DNA from: a virus
Taxonomy: Duplodnaviria; Caudoviricetes
Virus record (IMG/VR): IMGVR_UViG_3300032030_000007
Coordinates: 128,001-192,000 of that record
DNA: 64,000 nt
Strand: one strand, 5' to 3'
Shown here: positions 10,557-19,313 of the stretch, piece after piece
Numbering within the stretch: the first letter of the stretch is position 1
How the letters are laid out: each line of letters opens with the position of its first letter
Program-made: the position numbers and the translations under genes
Notes under the pieces: model-generated
Told to the model about the DNA's origin: nothing
The model's database searches: none
The model's input: only the letters and a program-made list of their open reading frames with translations

Positions 10557-11025
10557 GTTCTTCTAACCATATATTTCGTTTTTCTTCAGATAAAGAAGCG
10601 AGCCATTTATATTTAAGTTTCCCACAATCAAATTTATTTCCTTTGCACATAAATGACCATGGTGCCATACATTCTGTTACTGCGTGATTATTATAAAAAC
10701 CATCAAAATACCAGCAATGACTTCCATGATGTTCAAGATATTTGTTTAATGGCCTGTCAACTGCTGTACGTTTTTTACGCTCTTTATTTGGGTGTTTAAG
10801 CTTAATTAATGTTTCAACTTCAATTGGTTCATCTCTCCAATCCATTTCAAAACCAAGTTGTTGAGGCGTAACTTTTTTATAATGAGTATTCAAATATTGC
10901 ACAGTTAATTCGTCATTTGCTTGTCTATAAAACCCAGGTTCACCCCAACCTTCATACCATTCATCATAAACTGGCTTAATATCAAATAAATGATATGTTC
11001 CATCTCTATTTCTGGCTACCCACAT
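10537..11025 (-). CDS. hypothetical phage protein (MWVAR.. family)
   Basis: MWVARNRDG...LF..KP...W.DEPIEV domain plus a Cys/His-rich C-terminal domain. Confidence 0.75.
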   Translation of the reverse strand: MWVARNRDGTYHLFDIKPVYDEWYEGWGEPGFYRQANDELTVQYLNTHYKKVTPQQLGFEMDWRDEPIEVETLIKLKHPNKERKKRTAVDRPLNKYLEHHGSHCWYFDGFYNNHAVTECMAPWSFMCKGNKFDCGKLKYKWLASLSEEKRNIWLEEHEGLVK

Positions 11026-11137
11026 AATATAGTACTTTCTAATATTACTGTATTGCTTTGATTATTTTCATTTGATTTTTCAATGTTTGTTCCTTCATTG
11101 AAATATTCGTCATTTTGTTTATTCATAGATATTATGT

Positions 11138-11467
11138 TTAAAAATTTTTTATAATCTTATAAAATAAATCAATAGGCCAAAGTATAAAAAGTACATAATA
11201 TATAATATTTGTAAATTCTTTTACCTTTTTATCACTACTCATTGCATGTGCTCCATAACTGCAATCATTTACCCAATATAATCCTATATCATCTTTATAA
11301 TATTTTTCTGGATATTTCCTAATTAAATAATCCATATATTTATTTATGAATACTTCTTCTAATGAATTATCATTAACAATAGAAAATGTTATACCAAGAG
11401 CAAAATATCCTATTATAGCAAAGATAAGTAAAATTATTAATCCAATTATTTCAAGTATTGTCATCAT
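11138..11467 (-). CDS. membrane protein
   Basis: N- and C-terminal hydrophobic segments, LWP motif. Confidence 0.7.
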   Translation of the reverse strand: MMTILEIIGLIILLIFAIIGYFALGITFSIVNDNSLEEVFINKYMDYLIRKYPEKYYKDDIGLYWVNDCSYGAHAMSSDKKVKEFTNIIYYVLFILWPIDLFYKIIKNF

Positions 11468-11475
11468 TTAATATA

Positions 11476-11847
11476 TTAATTTTTATTTATTTTATTAATA
11501 AAATTATCAAATTCTTTTTCTTCATCTTCTTTACATTTAGGACATAAAGTTTTTGCCCAACCACGTACAGATAAAGTCTTTACATTTTCTGATGTACCAC
11601 AATATTCACAAATATTTCTAGAACGTAAACATATCCTAAGTATTTGTTCTTGGAGATCTTTATAATAGAAATCTAAATCAATTTGAAGAATACCCCATTT
11701 TTCTTTAACATCTACTATATGAGCAGGAAATTCAAGATTTGGATGTTCTTCATTGAATTTATTAACCAAATCTATAGCTTCATTAATCAAAGGAATCCAT
11801 CCTTCTCCAGTAGCGCATTTCCAATCATCATATTGTATTATGTTCAT
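11476..11847 (-). CDS. conserved phage protein with C-terminal zinc finger
   Basis: GEGWIPLI...VKEKWG.L...CEYCG...GW.KTLC..C pattern. Confidence 0.75.
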   Translation of the reverse strand: MNIIQYDDWKCATGEGWIPLINEAIDLVNKFNEEHPNLEFPAHIVDVKEKWGILQIDLDFYYKDLQEQILRICLRSRNICEYCGTSENVKTLSVRGWAKTLCPKCKEDEEKEFDNFINKINKN

Positions 11848-12323
11848 ATATCATCAAAATCATTATTTATTTTTTCTACCTCCTTACGGCAATAGTCATA
11901 CACTGTATATAAATCACGAGAAACCTCCATTCGTTCTATAACATTTTTATAGATTTCCAATTTAGCATTCTTTATGACTTCATTAAGTGCTTTAGTATCT
12001 GATTTAGGTCCGAAACGTTTCTGACGTCCGTCTTGTAGCTTATTTTTTGCAGCCAAAAATTTTTCAAAATCATCTTTATTTTTTAAATATTCATCAAGTT
12101 TTTCTTGAAAATCTATTGTATTTATTTTTGTTGATGGTTCTGACCATGGTTTCTTTTGAACATTCTTTTTTGATTCATTATTAGATTTTTCAAAATTCTG
12201 AATGTCATTAACTGCTTGACGATAAGATATATCAATAACTTCTTCCGTCATTTTAAAAGAAAGTTTCAAGTTATCTTGAAGCTCCTTGATTTTCTTATCA
12301 ATATATTTTTCTCTATCACTCAT
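11844..12323 (-). CDS. hypothetical protein
   Basis: 159-aa ORF with ATGA overlap. Confidence 0.7.
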   Translation of the reverse strand: MSDREKYIDKKIKELQDNLKLSFKMTEEVIDISYRQAVNDIQNFEKSNNESKKNVQKKPWSEPSTKINTIDFQEKLDEYLKNKDDFEKFLAAKNKLQDGRQKRFGPKSDTKALNEVIKNAKLEIYKNVIERMEVSRDLYTVYDYCRKEVEKINNDFDDI

Positions 12324-12600
12324 AATTTATTTTTTTAATGTTAAGAACTCTAATTGGTGCAGTTGTAGATAAAATTTCATGTTCATTATTTTTTTCTAAT
12401 AAAAAGTTTGTACCCTGAAAAGAACATGAATAAATACTATCATTTGAATATAAAACATATTCAGTAATTGATCTTCCATAATAAACCAATACAATAGTTC
12501 TATAATTTGGATTATCTACATTATATATTATACTATTTGGTTTATCACAACTTATTAATATTAATATAGTAAATAAAATTGAAAATAAAAAATTACGCAT
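12316..12600 (-). CDS. putative lipoprotein
   Basis: Signal peptide ending LISC-DK. Confidence 0.65.
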   Translation of the reverse strand: MRNFLFSILFTILILISCDKPNSIIYNVDNPNYRTIVLVYYGRSITEYVLYSNDSIYSCSFQGTNFLLEKNNEHEILSTTAPIRVLNIKKINYE

Positions 12601-13138
12601 AAGATGATTTACTTATTTTATCAAGTATATTTTGCAATCCACTATTAAAATTTTCATTATCATAATAACTACAATTTATGTAATAATCACATAAGAACTC
12701 TCTCCAGTCATCCCCAGTATCAGGTAATACTCCTTCCAATATTTCTTTAGATTCACAATCCCATTCTGATTTAATATCATTATATATATCAAAGTAATAT
12801 TCTTCCTTTACTCTATCAATATATGATTCTAATGTATAAGTGTCTTTTAAATATTCAAGTATTTCGTCATTATCTATTACACTTAATACATTATCTAATC
12901 CAAATTCATCAATTATATCGTTAAGATCATATTCTATTTGAAGTGCATTACATATATCATCTAAATTACATTCCTTAACAATATCTTCAATATCATATTC
13001 TTTATCAGGATTATCATATTCTGATGCAGCATTAATAATATCGGATGAACTACATGCATTATATTCTAATCCTGAATTAATGATTTCATCAAATGTACAA
13101 GACTCCCAGACTTCTTTTAAAAGTTCTTCTTTTGTCAT
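12593..13138 (-). CDS. acidic hypothetical protein
   Basis: 181-aa ORF with short D/E-I-L repeats. Confidence 0.75.
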   Translation of the reverse strand: MTKEELLKEVWESCTFDEIINSGLEYNACSSSDIINAASEYDNPDKEYDIEDIVKECNLDDICNALQIEYDLNDIIDEFGLDNVLSVIDNDEILEYLKDTYTLESYIDRVKEEYYFDIYNDIKSEWDCESKEILEGVLPDTGDDWREFLCDYYINCSYYDNENFNSGLQNILDKISKSSYA

Positions 13139-13139
13139 A

Positions 13140-13415
13140 TTAAAAATGATTTTCGTCTAAATATTTATCAATTGCTGCTGCTATTAAAGCACCAGCCTTT
13201 TGAAGATTTCTTAATGTTACTGTTGGCTTCCAATATGTGTAATCCCAAGACTTAGGCCAATCATCAATTGTAATATCTTCATAATTTACCTTAGTATAGC
13301 ATACTGCTGCTCTAAGTAAATCTTCTAAAGATTCTTGTCTATCATGTTCATAATCATAACCTTCTTCAGTTATCTGACGATTACGTTCTTGTTCAATTAG
13401 TTTAACTCCGTTCAT
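13140..13415 (-). CDS. conserved phage protein
   Basis: ERNRQI..EGY..EHD...AA.CY...WP..W...WKP...RNL.KAGALIAA pattern. Confidence 0.75.
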   Translation of the reverse strand: MNGVKLIEQERNRQITEEGYDYEHDRQESLEDLLRAAVCYTKVNYEDITIDDWPKSWDYTYWKPTVTLRNLQKAGALIAAAIDKYLDENHF

Positions 13416-13747
13416 ATTGATTCTATTTTATTAATATCATATTGTTCTGCTTCATTATTCCAATAAGGATCTAAATCATTAATTAATTCAATACCTTCAT
13501 CATCCTCACCAGATTCTATTGCTGTATATAATTTAATACTTACTGGTTCAATACAATGTTCATGATCTCCCCAATGACGCATAGAGTCATCCATTGCGTC
13601 AGCACATTGATTTACGTAATCCAATATACGTTCTTTAATAGATTCTCCTTCTCCCATACTTGTATTAGAATCACAAACTACATCAAAAGTAACTCTTACA
13701 GGATAATCTTGTTCATCTTGTATTTTGTTTAATATTTCTTTATTCAT
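13412..13747 (-). CDS. hypothetical protein
   Basis: 111-aa ORF. Confidence 0.7.
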   Translation of the reverse strand: MNKEILNKIQDEQDYPVRVTFDVVCDSNTSMGEGESIKERILDYVNQCADAMDDSMRHWGDHEHCIEPVSIKLYTAIESGEDDEGIELINDLDPYWNNEAEQYDINKIESI

Positions 13748-13761
13748 AATATTTAATTTAT

Positions 13762-13992
13762 TTAAACAACAATAACATCATTAAAATCAAATTTATATGT
13801 AAGTAAATCTTCAATAGATATATCTTTTGGGAGAATAATATTATTCATTTCTAAGCATTCTTTAACTCGTGCATAATCATCTTGCATTTGTTCAATTCCT
13901 GCTTGTTGATGTGCAAATTTATCCATATAATCAATAATCATTGATTTATTGTTTGTCTCCCATATTTCTTTAATAATTAATTCTTTATTCAT
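13762..13992 (-). CDS. hypothetical protein
   Basis: 76-aa ORF. Confidence 0.65.
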   Translation of the reverse strand: MNKELIIKEIWETNNKSMIIDYMDKFAHQQAGIEQMQDDYARVKECLEMNNIILPKDISIEDLLTYKFDFNDVIVV

Positions 13993-14009
13993 TTTCTTCC
14001 AATTCTTAT

Positions 14010-14333
14010 TTATTCTCTAAATTTCATATTTTTAATAAACTTATGAAGATTTTCTTCAAGACTTAAATATTCAAAGAATGTATGATTATTCGGGTGTTCC
14101 ATTAAATCTTCATAAATATTTACATAATCAATATATTGTTTAATTTCTTCATCAGACATATTACAATATATTAATGCAAATCCTTTTGCATAAGGGTCCA
14201 TAATTCCCCACTCGCCATTATGCTCAAATATTGCAAATCCATTTAATACACCATCTTTCTTTGAAAACAATGCTCGATTAGCCCAGAAATCATCAAACTG
14301 CCAACCTAACTCTTCTAACTGTTTTTTAGTCAT
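14010..14333 (-). CDS. hypothetical protein
   Basis: 107-aa ORF. Confidence 0.7.
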   Translation of the reverse strand: MTKKQLEELGWQFDDFWANRALFSKKDGVLNGFAIFEHNGEWGIMDPYAKGFALIYCNMSDEEIKQYIDYVNIYEDLMEHPNNHTFFEYLSLEENLHKFIKNMKFRE

Positions 14334-14335
14334 AA

Positions 14336-14662
14336 TTACCTATGTTCAAAAAAATCAATTAATGTAAAAATTATAGTATCTAAATCATCCAATCTTTCAA
14401 TAAAATCTCCAATTCTAGAATCATCATTTTCGAATCTTAATGAAAACATTCCATAATAATCAGGACATGGATCTGTACGTTCTGGAGAATATTCATTATG
14501 ATAATCTTGAATATCTATATATAATTTTTTATGATTTAAATTTTGATCTTCTAATTCATTATTTAATTCCATTAAATCTATACATAATGATTCTAAATAG
14601 TAAACACTTATCTTATCATTAATCTTTTTAGCTTCCTGTATATTATCAATTGTTATTTTCAT
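14336..14662 (-). CDS. hypothetical protein
   Basis: 108-aa ORF. Confidence 0.7.
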   Translation of the reverse strand: MKITIDNIQEAKKINDKISVYYLESLCIDLMELNNELEDQNLNHKKLYIDIQDYHNEYSPERTDPCPDYYGMFSLRFENDDSRIGDFIERLDDLDTIIFTLIDFFEHR

Positions 14663-14680
14663 ATTTAATTTAATATAGTA

Positions 14681-15055
14681 TTATTCTCCCCATTTATTAA
14701 TTAATGAATCTAACATTAATGTAATATAAAAATCTTTAAAATTTATAATCTTATTTTTATATCTTTCTTTAATAGTATCAGGAACTTTAATATCAGTAAG
14801 TTTAATTCCCATATAATCTAAACATTGTTTTGGTGTTATAATTCCATGCTCAGCATCAAGATGATGTTTCTCACAAAGAGCAGCACCATTTGAAATATAA
14901 TAACCACCATCTTTCCAAAGTTTACGATCCATTATATGATGCGCATCAACAGCTTTACAAGAACATCCTGGGACACAACACTTCCCATCAGTTCTTGCAA
15001 ATACTTGCTTCTTAAACTCTTCACGAGTCAATAATGTGTCTTTTTCTTGTTTCAT
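14681..15055 (-). CDS. HNH endonuclease
   Basis: F...VFAR..GKC..C...DAHHI..R.LW.DGGY...NGA.LC..HH motif. Confidence 0.85.
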   Translation of the reverse strand: MKQEKDTLLTREEFKKQVFARTDGKCCVPGCSCKAVDAHHIMDRKLWKDGGYYISNGAALCEKHHLDAEHGIITPKQCLDYMGIKLTDIKVPDTIKERYKNKIINFKDFYITLMLDSLINKWGE

Positions 15056-15546
15056 TTATTTAATTTAATTTTATTATCAAATTCTTCCCTTTTATTTTCC
15101 CAATATTTAACTGAAGATTTAGCTTCTTCTAATTCTTTGTTAATATGTTCTGTTGCTTTATCATAAAGAATATTTTGTATTCTTTCCCAAATTTTATCTG
15201 GAATTTCTGAATATTCTAATTCGGGATGCTGCCATTCTCTATAATAACATTCTGGATCATTAAAATAATAAAAAGTCCAATCTTCCCCTTCTCTATCCCA
15301 ATTATAGCAATATCGTAAACTTACAGTATAATGTTTTGTCCGAACATCTTTATCAAGTATATCTATTAATTCTATTTGAACTCTACATTCATCAAATTCA
15401 GGTTTTTTAAATCTTTCAGGTTGACTTGAAAAAAATTTACCAAAGAATTTTTTACAAACTTCATCAGTAATCATTACTTCATCAGTTGCAACTGGACAAT
15501 ATTTTAATAATGTCTTAATGTTTTGTATTCTTTCTTCAATCTTCAT
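15052..15546 (-). CDS. hypothetical protein
   Basis: 164-aa ORF. Confidence 0.7.
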   Translation of the reverse strand: MKIEERIQNIKTLLKYCPVATDEVMITDEVCKKFFGKFFSSQPERFKKPEFDECRVQIELIDILDKDVRTKHYTVSLRYCYNWDREGEDWTFYYFNDPECYYREWQHPELEYSEIPDKIWERIQNILYDKATEHINKELEEAKSSVKYWENKREEFDNKIKLNK

Positions 15547-15895
15547 CTTTATTCATTATTATATCAAGTGCATCAATTTCAATAATCTTATATACAAAAT
15601 CCATTATGTCTTTTCTAGAATCTTTATTTTCTTTCATTACTCCTTTGAAAAAATTCATAACCATTTTTCTAACTTTGCTAATATATTTATACCAGCAATG
15701 TCTCGCATCAATAAATCCTTCTTCAAATCCAACTCCATAAACATGTTCTAAAATATCGTAAAGGCCATCTTTAATTTCATCAAATTTGTCTTCTCCTATT
15801 TTACGACGAACACAATCCCATTCATCCCAATTAAAAAATTCCCAATGATCATTAACTTCTTTAAAAGGCTTAATCATATTTTTTATAAAAATCAA
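15536..15895 (-). CDS. hypothetical protein
   Basis: 119-aa ORF, start uncertain. Confidence 0.65.
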   Translation of the reverse strand: MIFIKNMIKPFKEVNDHWEFFNWDEWDCVRRKIGEDKFDEIKDGLYDILEHVYGVGFEEGFIDARHCWYKYISKVRKMVMNFFKGVMKENKDSRKDIMDFVYKIIEIDALDIIMNKDED

Positions 15896-16322
15896 AATTC
15901 TTAAATTGTTCTTGATGATATGTTTTTAATCTTATCAATTTATTTGTTTTTTCTTGAAGTTTTTTAATTTCATTTTCAAGATTCAGAAATGGAATAGCAA
16001 AATATTTCTTATAAAATTCTTCTGCATATTCTAAACATGTAGTCATTTGATGATCTTTACCTACATCATTCCAAGAAACACCTGGCCAAAATCTTTGCGG
16101 AGTACCATCCCATTTAGAACCGCACCAATAATCAGTTTCAGGATTATAATTTATGGGAATTATATGACATTCATATTCATATTTATTTGGACCAGTAAAT
16201 GTCATATCATCAACTAATTCATATTCACAAAATATAGGTTGAAATTTTTTATAATCTATTCCAACCCAATATAAGTGGTCTCCTTTTTTAAGATCTTTGA
16301 ATTTTGTATTTTTATCTGCCAT
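15870..16322 (-). CDS. hypothetical protein, LKxGD SH3/KOW-like + coiled-coil family
   Basis: FKDLKKGDHLYW N-terminus, C-terminal heptads. Confidence 0.7.
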   Translation of the reverse strand: MADKNTKFKDLKKGDHLYWVGIDYKKFQPIFCEYELVDDMTFTGPNKYEYECHIIPINYNPETDYWCGSKWDGTPQRFWPGVSWNDVGKDHQMTTCLEYAEEFYKKYFAIPFLNLENEIKKLQEKTNKLIRLKTYHQEQFKNFDFYKKYD

Positions 16323-16339
16323 AAATTAATCCGTCTTAT

Positions 16340-16996
16340 TCATTTAATTAATTCTGCTTTCTTCCAATTCTTTGTCCAATGCTCATCTGTAGTCACATGA
16401 TCCTTGCGTACCCACTTGCAAACATATTTAGAAAAATCTTCAATCTTAAATGAATCTGTTCTTCTTACTACTACTCCTTCACGTATATCTCCATACCATT
16501 CAGATTCATGCACATATTTTTCAACTAATTTCTGTAATTCATTTTCATTATAAATTCTTCCTCTCCATAATTCAGGAACAGTAGGAATATTCATAATGTC
16601 TGCCATCATTTTAACATCATCCCATGAATACCAATTAACATTATCATTAACAGCAAATAAATGAAAATAATCAGTTAACTTATTATAATGAATTGAATGT
16701 TCACCATAAAGATTTTCACCATAAATAGTTTCATCTTCTCCAATAAACTGTTTAATTTTCCAATAAAGACCTTCTTGTGGGTCCCATATATTTCGTGACC
16801 ATGGAGAACGTGTAGGAGCGCCATCAGATCTTGCATAACAATCTTTTTGATTCATATGAATGTTTTCACCATCAAGCTTAGCAGTTATAACAATCTCCTG
16901 CCCTATATAGTTTTTAAACCAACCATCCTGGAGCTTCTTATCATCTTTAGTAGCCCCAGGAGAATATGGTAAATGATATGTTCTAGGATATTTCAT
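16340..16996 (-). CDS. ATP-dependent RNA ligase family protein
   Basis: KYPRTYHLP.SPG N-terminus, motif I KLDGEN, motif III GENLY, motif IV EGVVVR, motif V KWVR. Confidence 0.85.
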   Translation of the reverse strand: MKYPRTYHLPYSPGATKDDKKLQDGWFKNYIGQEIVITAKLDGENIHMNQKDCYARSDGAPTRSPWSRNIWDPQEGLYWKIKQFIGEDETIYGENLYGEHSIHYNKLTDYFHLFAVNDNVNWYSWDDVKMMADIMNIPTVPELWRGRIYNENELQKLVEKYVHESEWYGDIREGVVVRRTDSFKIEDFSKYVCKWVRKDHVTTDEHWTKNWKKAELIK

Positions 16997-17440
16997 TTAA
17001 TATATACAATTTTTATTAGTTTCTTTTTCTTCCCACAGTTTCATTACAACTTCCTGTTTATTTTTGAAATCTTGAATATCTTTTAAAGTCTTTAATCTAG
17101 ATTTCCATTTTTCTAAATCTTCCTTATCTTTAATAGCAATTCTAGATAATGTATTCTTATCATTTTTATCTAATGGATTAGTTTCTTGAAACATTCGTAT
17201 AGAATTCCAATATTCTTTATTCTTTTCTTTATATTCTAAACAATATGGGAGTGCACTTATAAATTCTTTATCAGTTATTCCAAATGTATCTTTATATGCC
17301 CTAAGTTCAATTGGTATATTTTCAGGTCTTTTTGCATTATATTCAATTGCATGTTGTTTCTCACATTGATAACATTGTATAAGTGCAACAATAATACAAG
17401 TTGCAAAAACTATTGTGAAAGTTAAACCAGTATAATTCAT
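16997..17440 (-). CDS. membrane-anchored hypothetical protein
   Basis: N-terminal TM segment. Confidence 0.7.
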   Translation of the reverse strand: MNYTGLTFTIVFATCIIVALIQCYQCEKQHAIEYNAKRPENIPIELRAYKDTFGITDKEFISALPYCLEYKEKNKEYWNSIRMFQETNPLDKNDKNTLSRIAIKDKEDLEKWKSRLKTLKDIQDFKNKQEVVMKLWEEKETNKNCIY

Positions 17441-17856
17441 TGTTCTATAAATTGAAAAACACGTTTACCTTTTTCTCTTGTATATTTATTATAAAATGAT
17501 TTTAATGCAATATTGAATTCCTCATCAGTTAATTTAATATATCCTTCATCATTCCATTCTTTAACAGCATAACTCCACCATTTATAATCATTTATTCCTT
17601 CTTCTCTGAAATCCCATCCTACAACAAAACTAAGATGCTTAATTGCAATATCATGACATATTTTATCAAATTCTTTTTTCAATTCAGGATGTGATCTCCA
17701 GAATTCATCTGATGTAAATCCAAAAAGATATTTAGAACTAACGGGATGCCTAACAATCCATTGTGAATGCTTATACTTTGGAAGATATACTTCTATAGCT
17801 CGTGTTTCATATGATGCACCCCTAAAAATAATTTTGTATTCTGTACTCATATTCAT
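17437..17856 (-). CDS. hypothetical protein
   Basis: 139-aa ORF directly downstream of the tRNA-like RNA. Confidence 0.7.
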   Translation of the reverse strand: MNMSTEYKIIFRGASYETRAIEVYLPKYKHSQWIVRHPVSSKYLFGFTSDEFWRSHPELKKEFDKICHDIAIKHLSFVVGWDFREEGINDYKWWSYAVKEWNDEGYIKLTDEEFNIALKSFYNKYTREKGKRVFQFIEQ

Positions 17857-17865
17857 TTATTTTTG

Positions 17866-17982
17866 TGGAGCAGGAAGGGGTCGAACCTTCATTCTTTTCC
17901 TTTGTTTCGGTATGCCTACCTACTTGCGGACTCGAACCGCGAATCGGATGCCTCCGTGCGTCTACCATTGCGCCACTACTCC
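17866..17982 (-). ncRNA. tRNA-like RNA (117 nt) with intact acceptor, D and T arms but non-canonical anticodon region containing a second T-loop hairpin
   Basis: Acceptor stem GGAGTAG/CTGCTCC+A, D arm GCG-CAATGGTAGA-CGC, terminal T arm GAAGG-TTCGACC-CCTTC, extra GCGG-TTCGAGT-CCGC. No encoded CCA. GC-rich island with its own promoter. Confidence 0.8.
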
Positions 17983-17995
17983 ATCGTTATAATTA

Positions 17996-18023
17996 AATAT
18001 AGTAAAATTTATATTATATTCAA
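17996..18023 (-). promoter_or_regulatory. Phage promoter TTGAA-N16-CTATATT driving the tRNA-like RNA
   Basis: Matches the recurrent motif. The -10 box ends 14 nt upstream of G1. Confidence 0.7.
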
Positions 18024-18027
18024 AATT

Positions 18028-18333
18028 TTAATCTGTAAAGAATTTAATAAATGCAATAGTAAAATATCTGCAAACCCAAAATACCAAACACCAAAAATAT
18101 ATAAAGAATGATATTGGCCAAATAAGAATAGAAACAACTCGTAAAATATTTCTGAACCATTTAGGACTTATATTTTGTTCATATTCTTTTGCTTCACCAA
18201 AATAATGCTTACTTTCATATTTAACAAGTTTATTATCAATAAGTAAATAAATAAAATCGTTTCTATAGATTTCAAAACCAAGAAACCTACCCATTGCTAA
18301 ATATACGCATACTAAAAAAATATAATATATCAT
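18028..18333 (-). CDS. membrane protein
   Basis: Hydrophobic termini, IWP motif. Confidence 0.7.
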   Translation of the reverse strand: MIYYIFLVCVYLAMGRFLGFEIYRNDFIYLLIDNKLVKYESKHYFGEAKEYEQNISPKWFRNILRVVSILIWPISFFIYFWCLVFWVCRYFTIAFIKFFTD

Positions 18334-18336
18334 ATC

Positions 18337-18672
18337 TTAAATAATTTCAAATTTATATTGTACCCAATCTTCAGTATCTTCTTCAGTTGTGGAATTAGCT
18401 GCTGCATGATTATCCAGTTCATCTAATACACATAATTGATTGTTTTCCCAAGATATTATCTCATCAAAAGAATTCAAATTAGGACGAATAATTGTAATGA
18501 ACATCCAATGTTTACAATCTTTAATGATAACATTCTCAGGTAACTTCATATGATACTTCATAAATGCAAACCTAATAGAAGCATTCATTTGAACATAAAA
18601 CCAATTATCTATATTTAAGACAATTTCTTTATATTCACCATTCTTTTCTAAAAAATATTTTGTCTGTTCCAT
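18337..18672 (-). CDS. hypothetical protein
   Basis: 111-aa ORF. Confidence 0.7.
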   Translation of the reverse strand: MEQTKYFLEKNGEYKEIVLNIDNWFYVQMNASIRFAFMKYHMKLPENVIIKDCKHWMFITIIRPNLNSFDEIISWENNQLCVLDELDNHAAANSTTEEDTEDWVQYKFEII

Positions 18673-18676
18673 AATC

Positions 18677-18982
18677 TTAATCCCAACCTACATCTGAATA
18701 ACCTTCAGTGCTTTCTTCATAAATTGTGTTTTCAAATTCATATAATGGGTGACCACATATTGATATTGATTTTTTTATTTCATATTCCCATTCACTTTTA
18801 TGATATGTTAAAACATATTCCCAATGATCTGGATTTTTCCATGTTCGTCTATATTCTAGAACAATATATCCATATTCATTTGTATTAAGTAAAGGATAAT
18901 ACGGGTGCTTAACATATTTAGTATCTTTAAAACATCCAAATAAACTTAATATTAAAGAATATATAATTTTAACGATTTTCAT
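18677..18982 (-). CDS. hypothetical protein, possible lipoprotein
   Basis: MKIVKIIYSLILSLFGC N-terminus. Confidence 0.65.
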   Translation of the reverse strand: MKIVKIIYSLILSLFGCFKDTKYVKHPYYPLLNTNEYGYIVLEYRRTWKNPDHWEYVLTYHKSEWEYEIKKSISICGHPLYEFENTIYEESTEGYSDVGWD

Positions 18983-19265
18983 ATGTCATTAATTTATCAA
19001 ATAAATTTTCATTATCATTATTAAGTTTATTAATAACTTTAAAGTTTGACTTTCTTTTTTCTCTAATAACTTGTTTCAAAATATTTTGACATTCAAAATA
19101 TGTTGTACATATATGACTATCTAAAGCATAATCCATTATATGTTTATTTTCATTATAGATTCCAATATGATGATTATCTCCATAATCAATATCTACTATA
19201 AAACCCTCACGAATTATATAGCATTGTGTATCAACGTAATAAATATGTTTTAAAGATATTCCCAT
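18969..19265 (-). CDS. hypothetical protein
   Basis: 98-aa ORF. Confidence 0.65.
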   Translation of the reverse strand: MGISLKHIYYVDTQCYIIREGFIVDIDYGDNHHIGIYNENKHIMDYALDSHICTTYFECQNILKQVIREKRKSNFKVINKLNNDNENLFDKLMTYENR

Positions 19266-19313
19266 ATATTTAATATAGATTTATGTTAATAATTATTTAA
19301 AGATGGCGGAAAA

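Noticed and set aside
14681-15055. HNH as a mobile homing endonuclease
   Set aside because: Not in an intron, short, without an obvious DNA-binding extension, and translationally coupled in an operon.
17866-17982. Ordinary tRNA call (Met from CAT, Cys from GCA, or Leu from the D arm)
   Set aside because: No 5-bp stem with a 7-nt loop and U33 can be built, with or without removing the insert.
17863-18111. 82-aa plus-strand ORF
   Set aside because: Antisense shadow of the tRNA-like RNA and its promoter.
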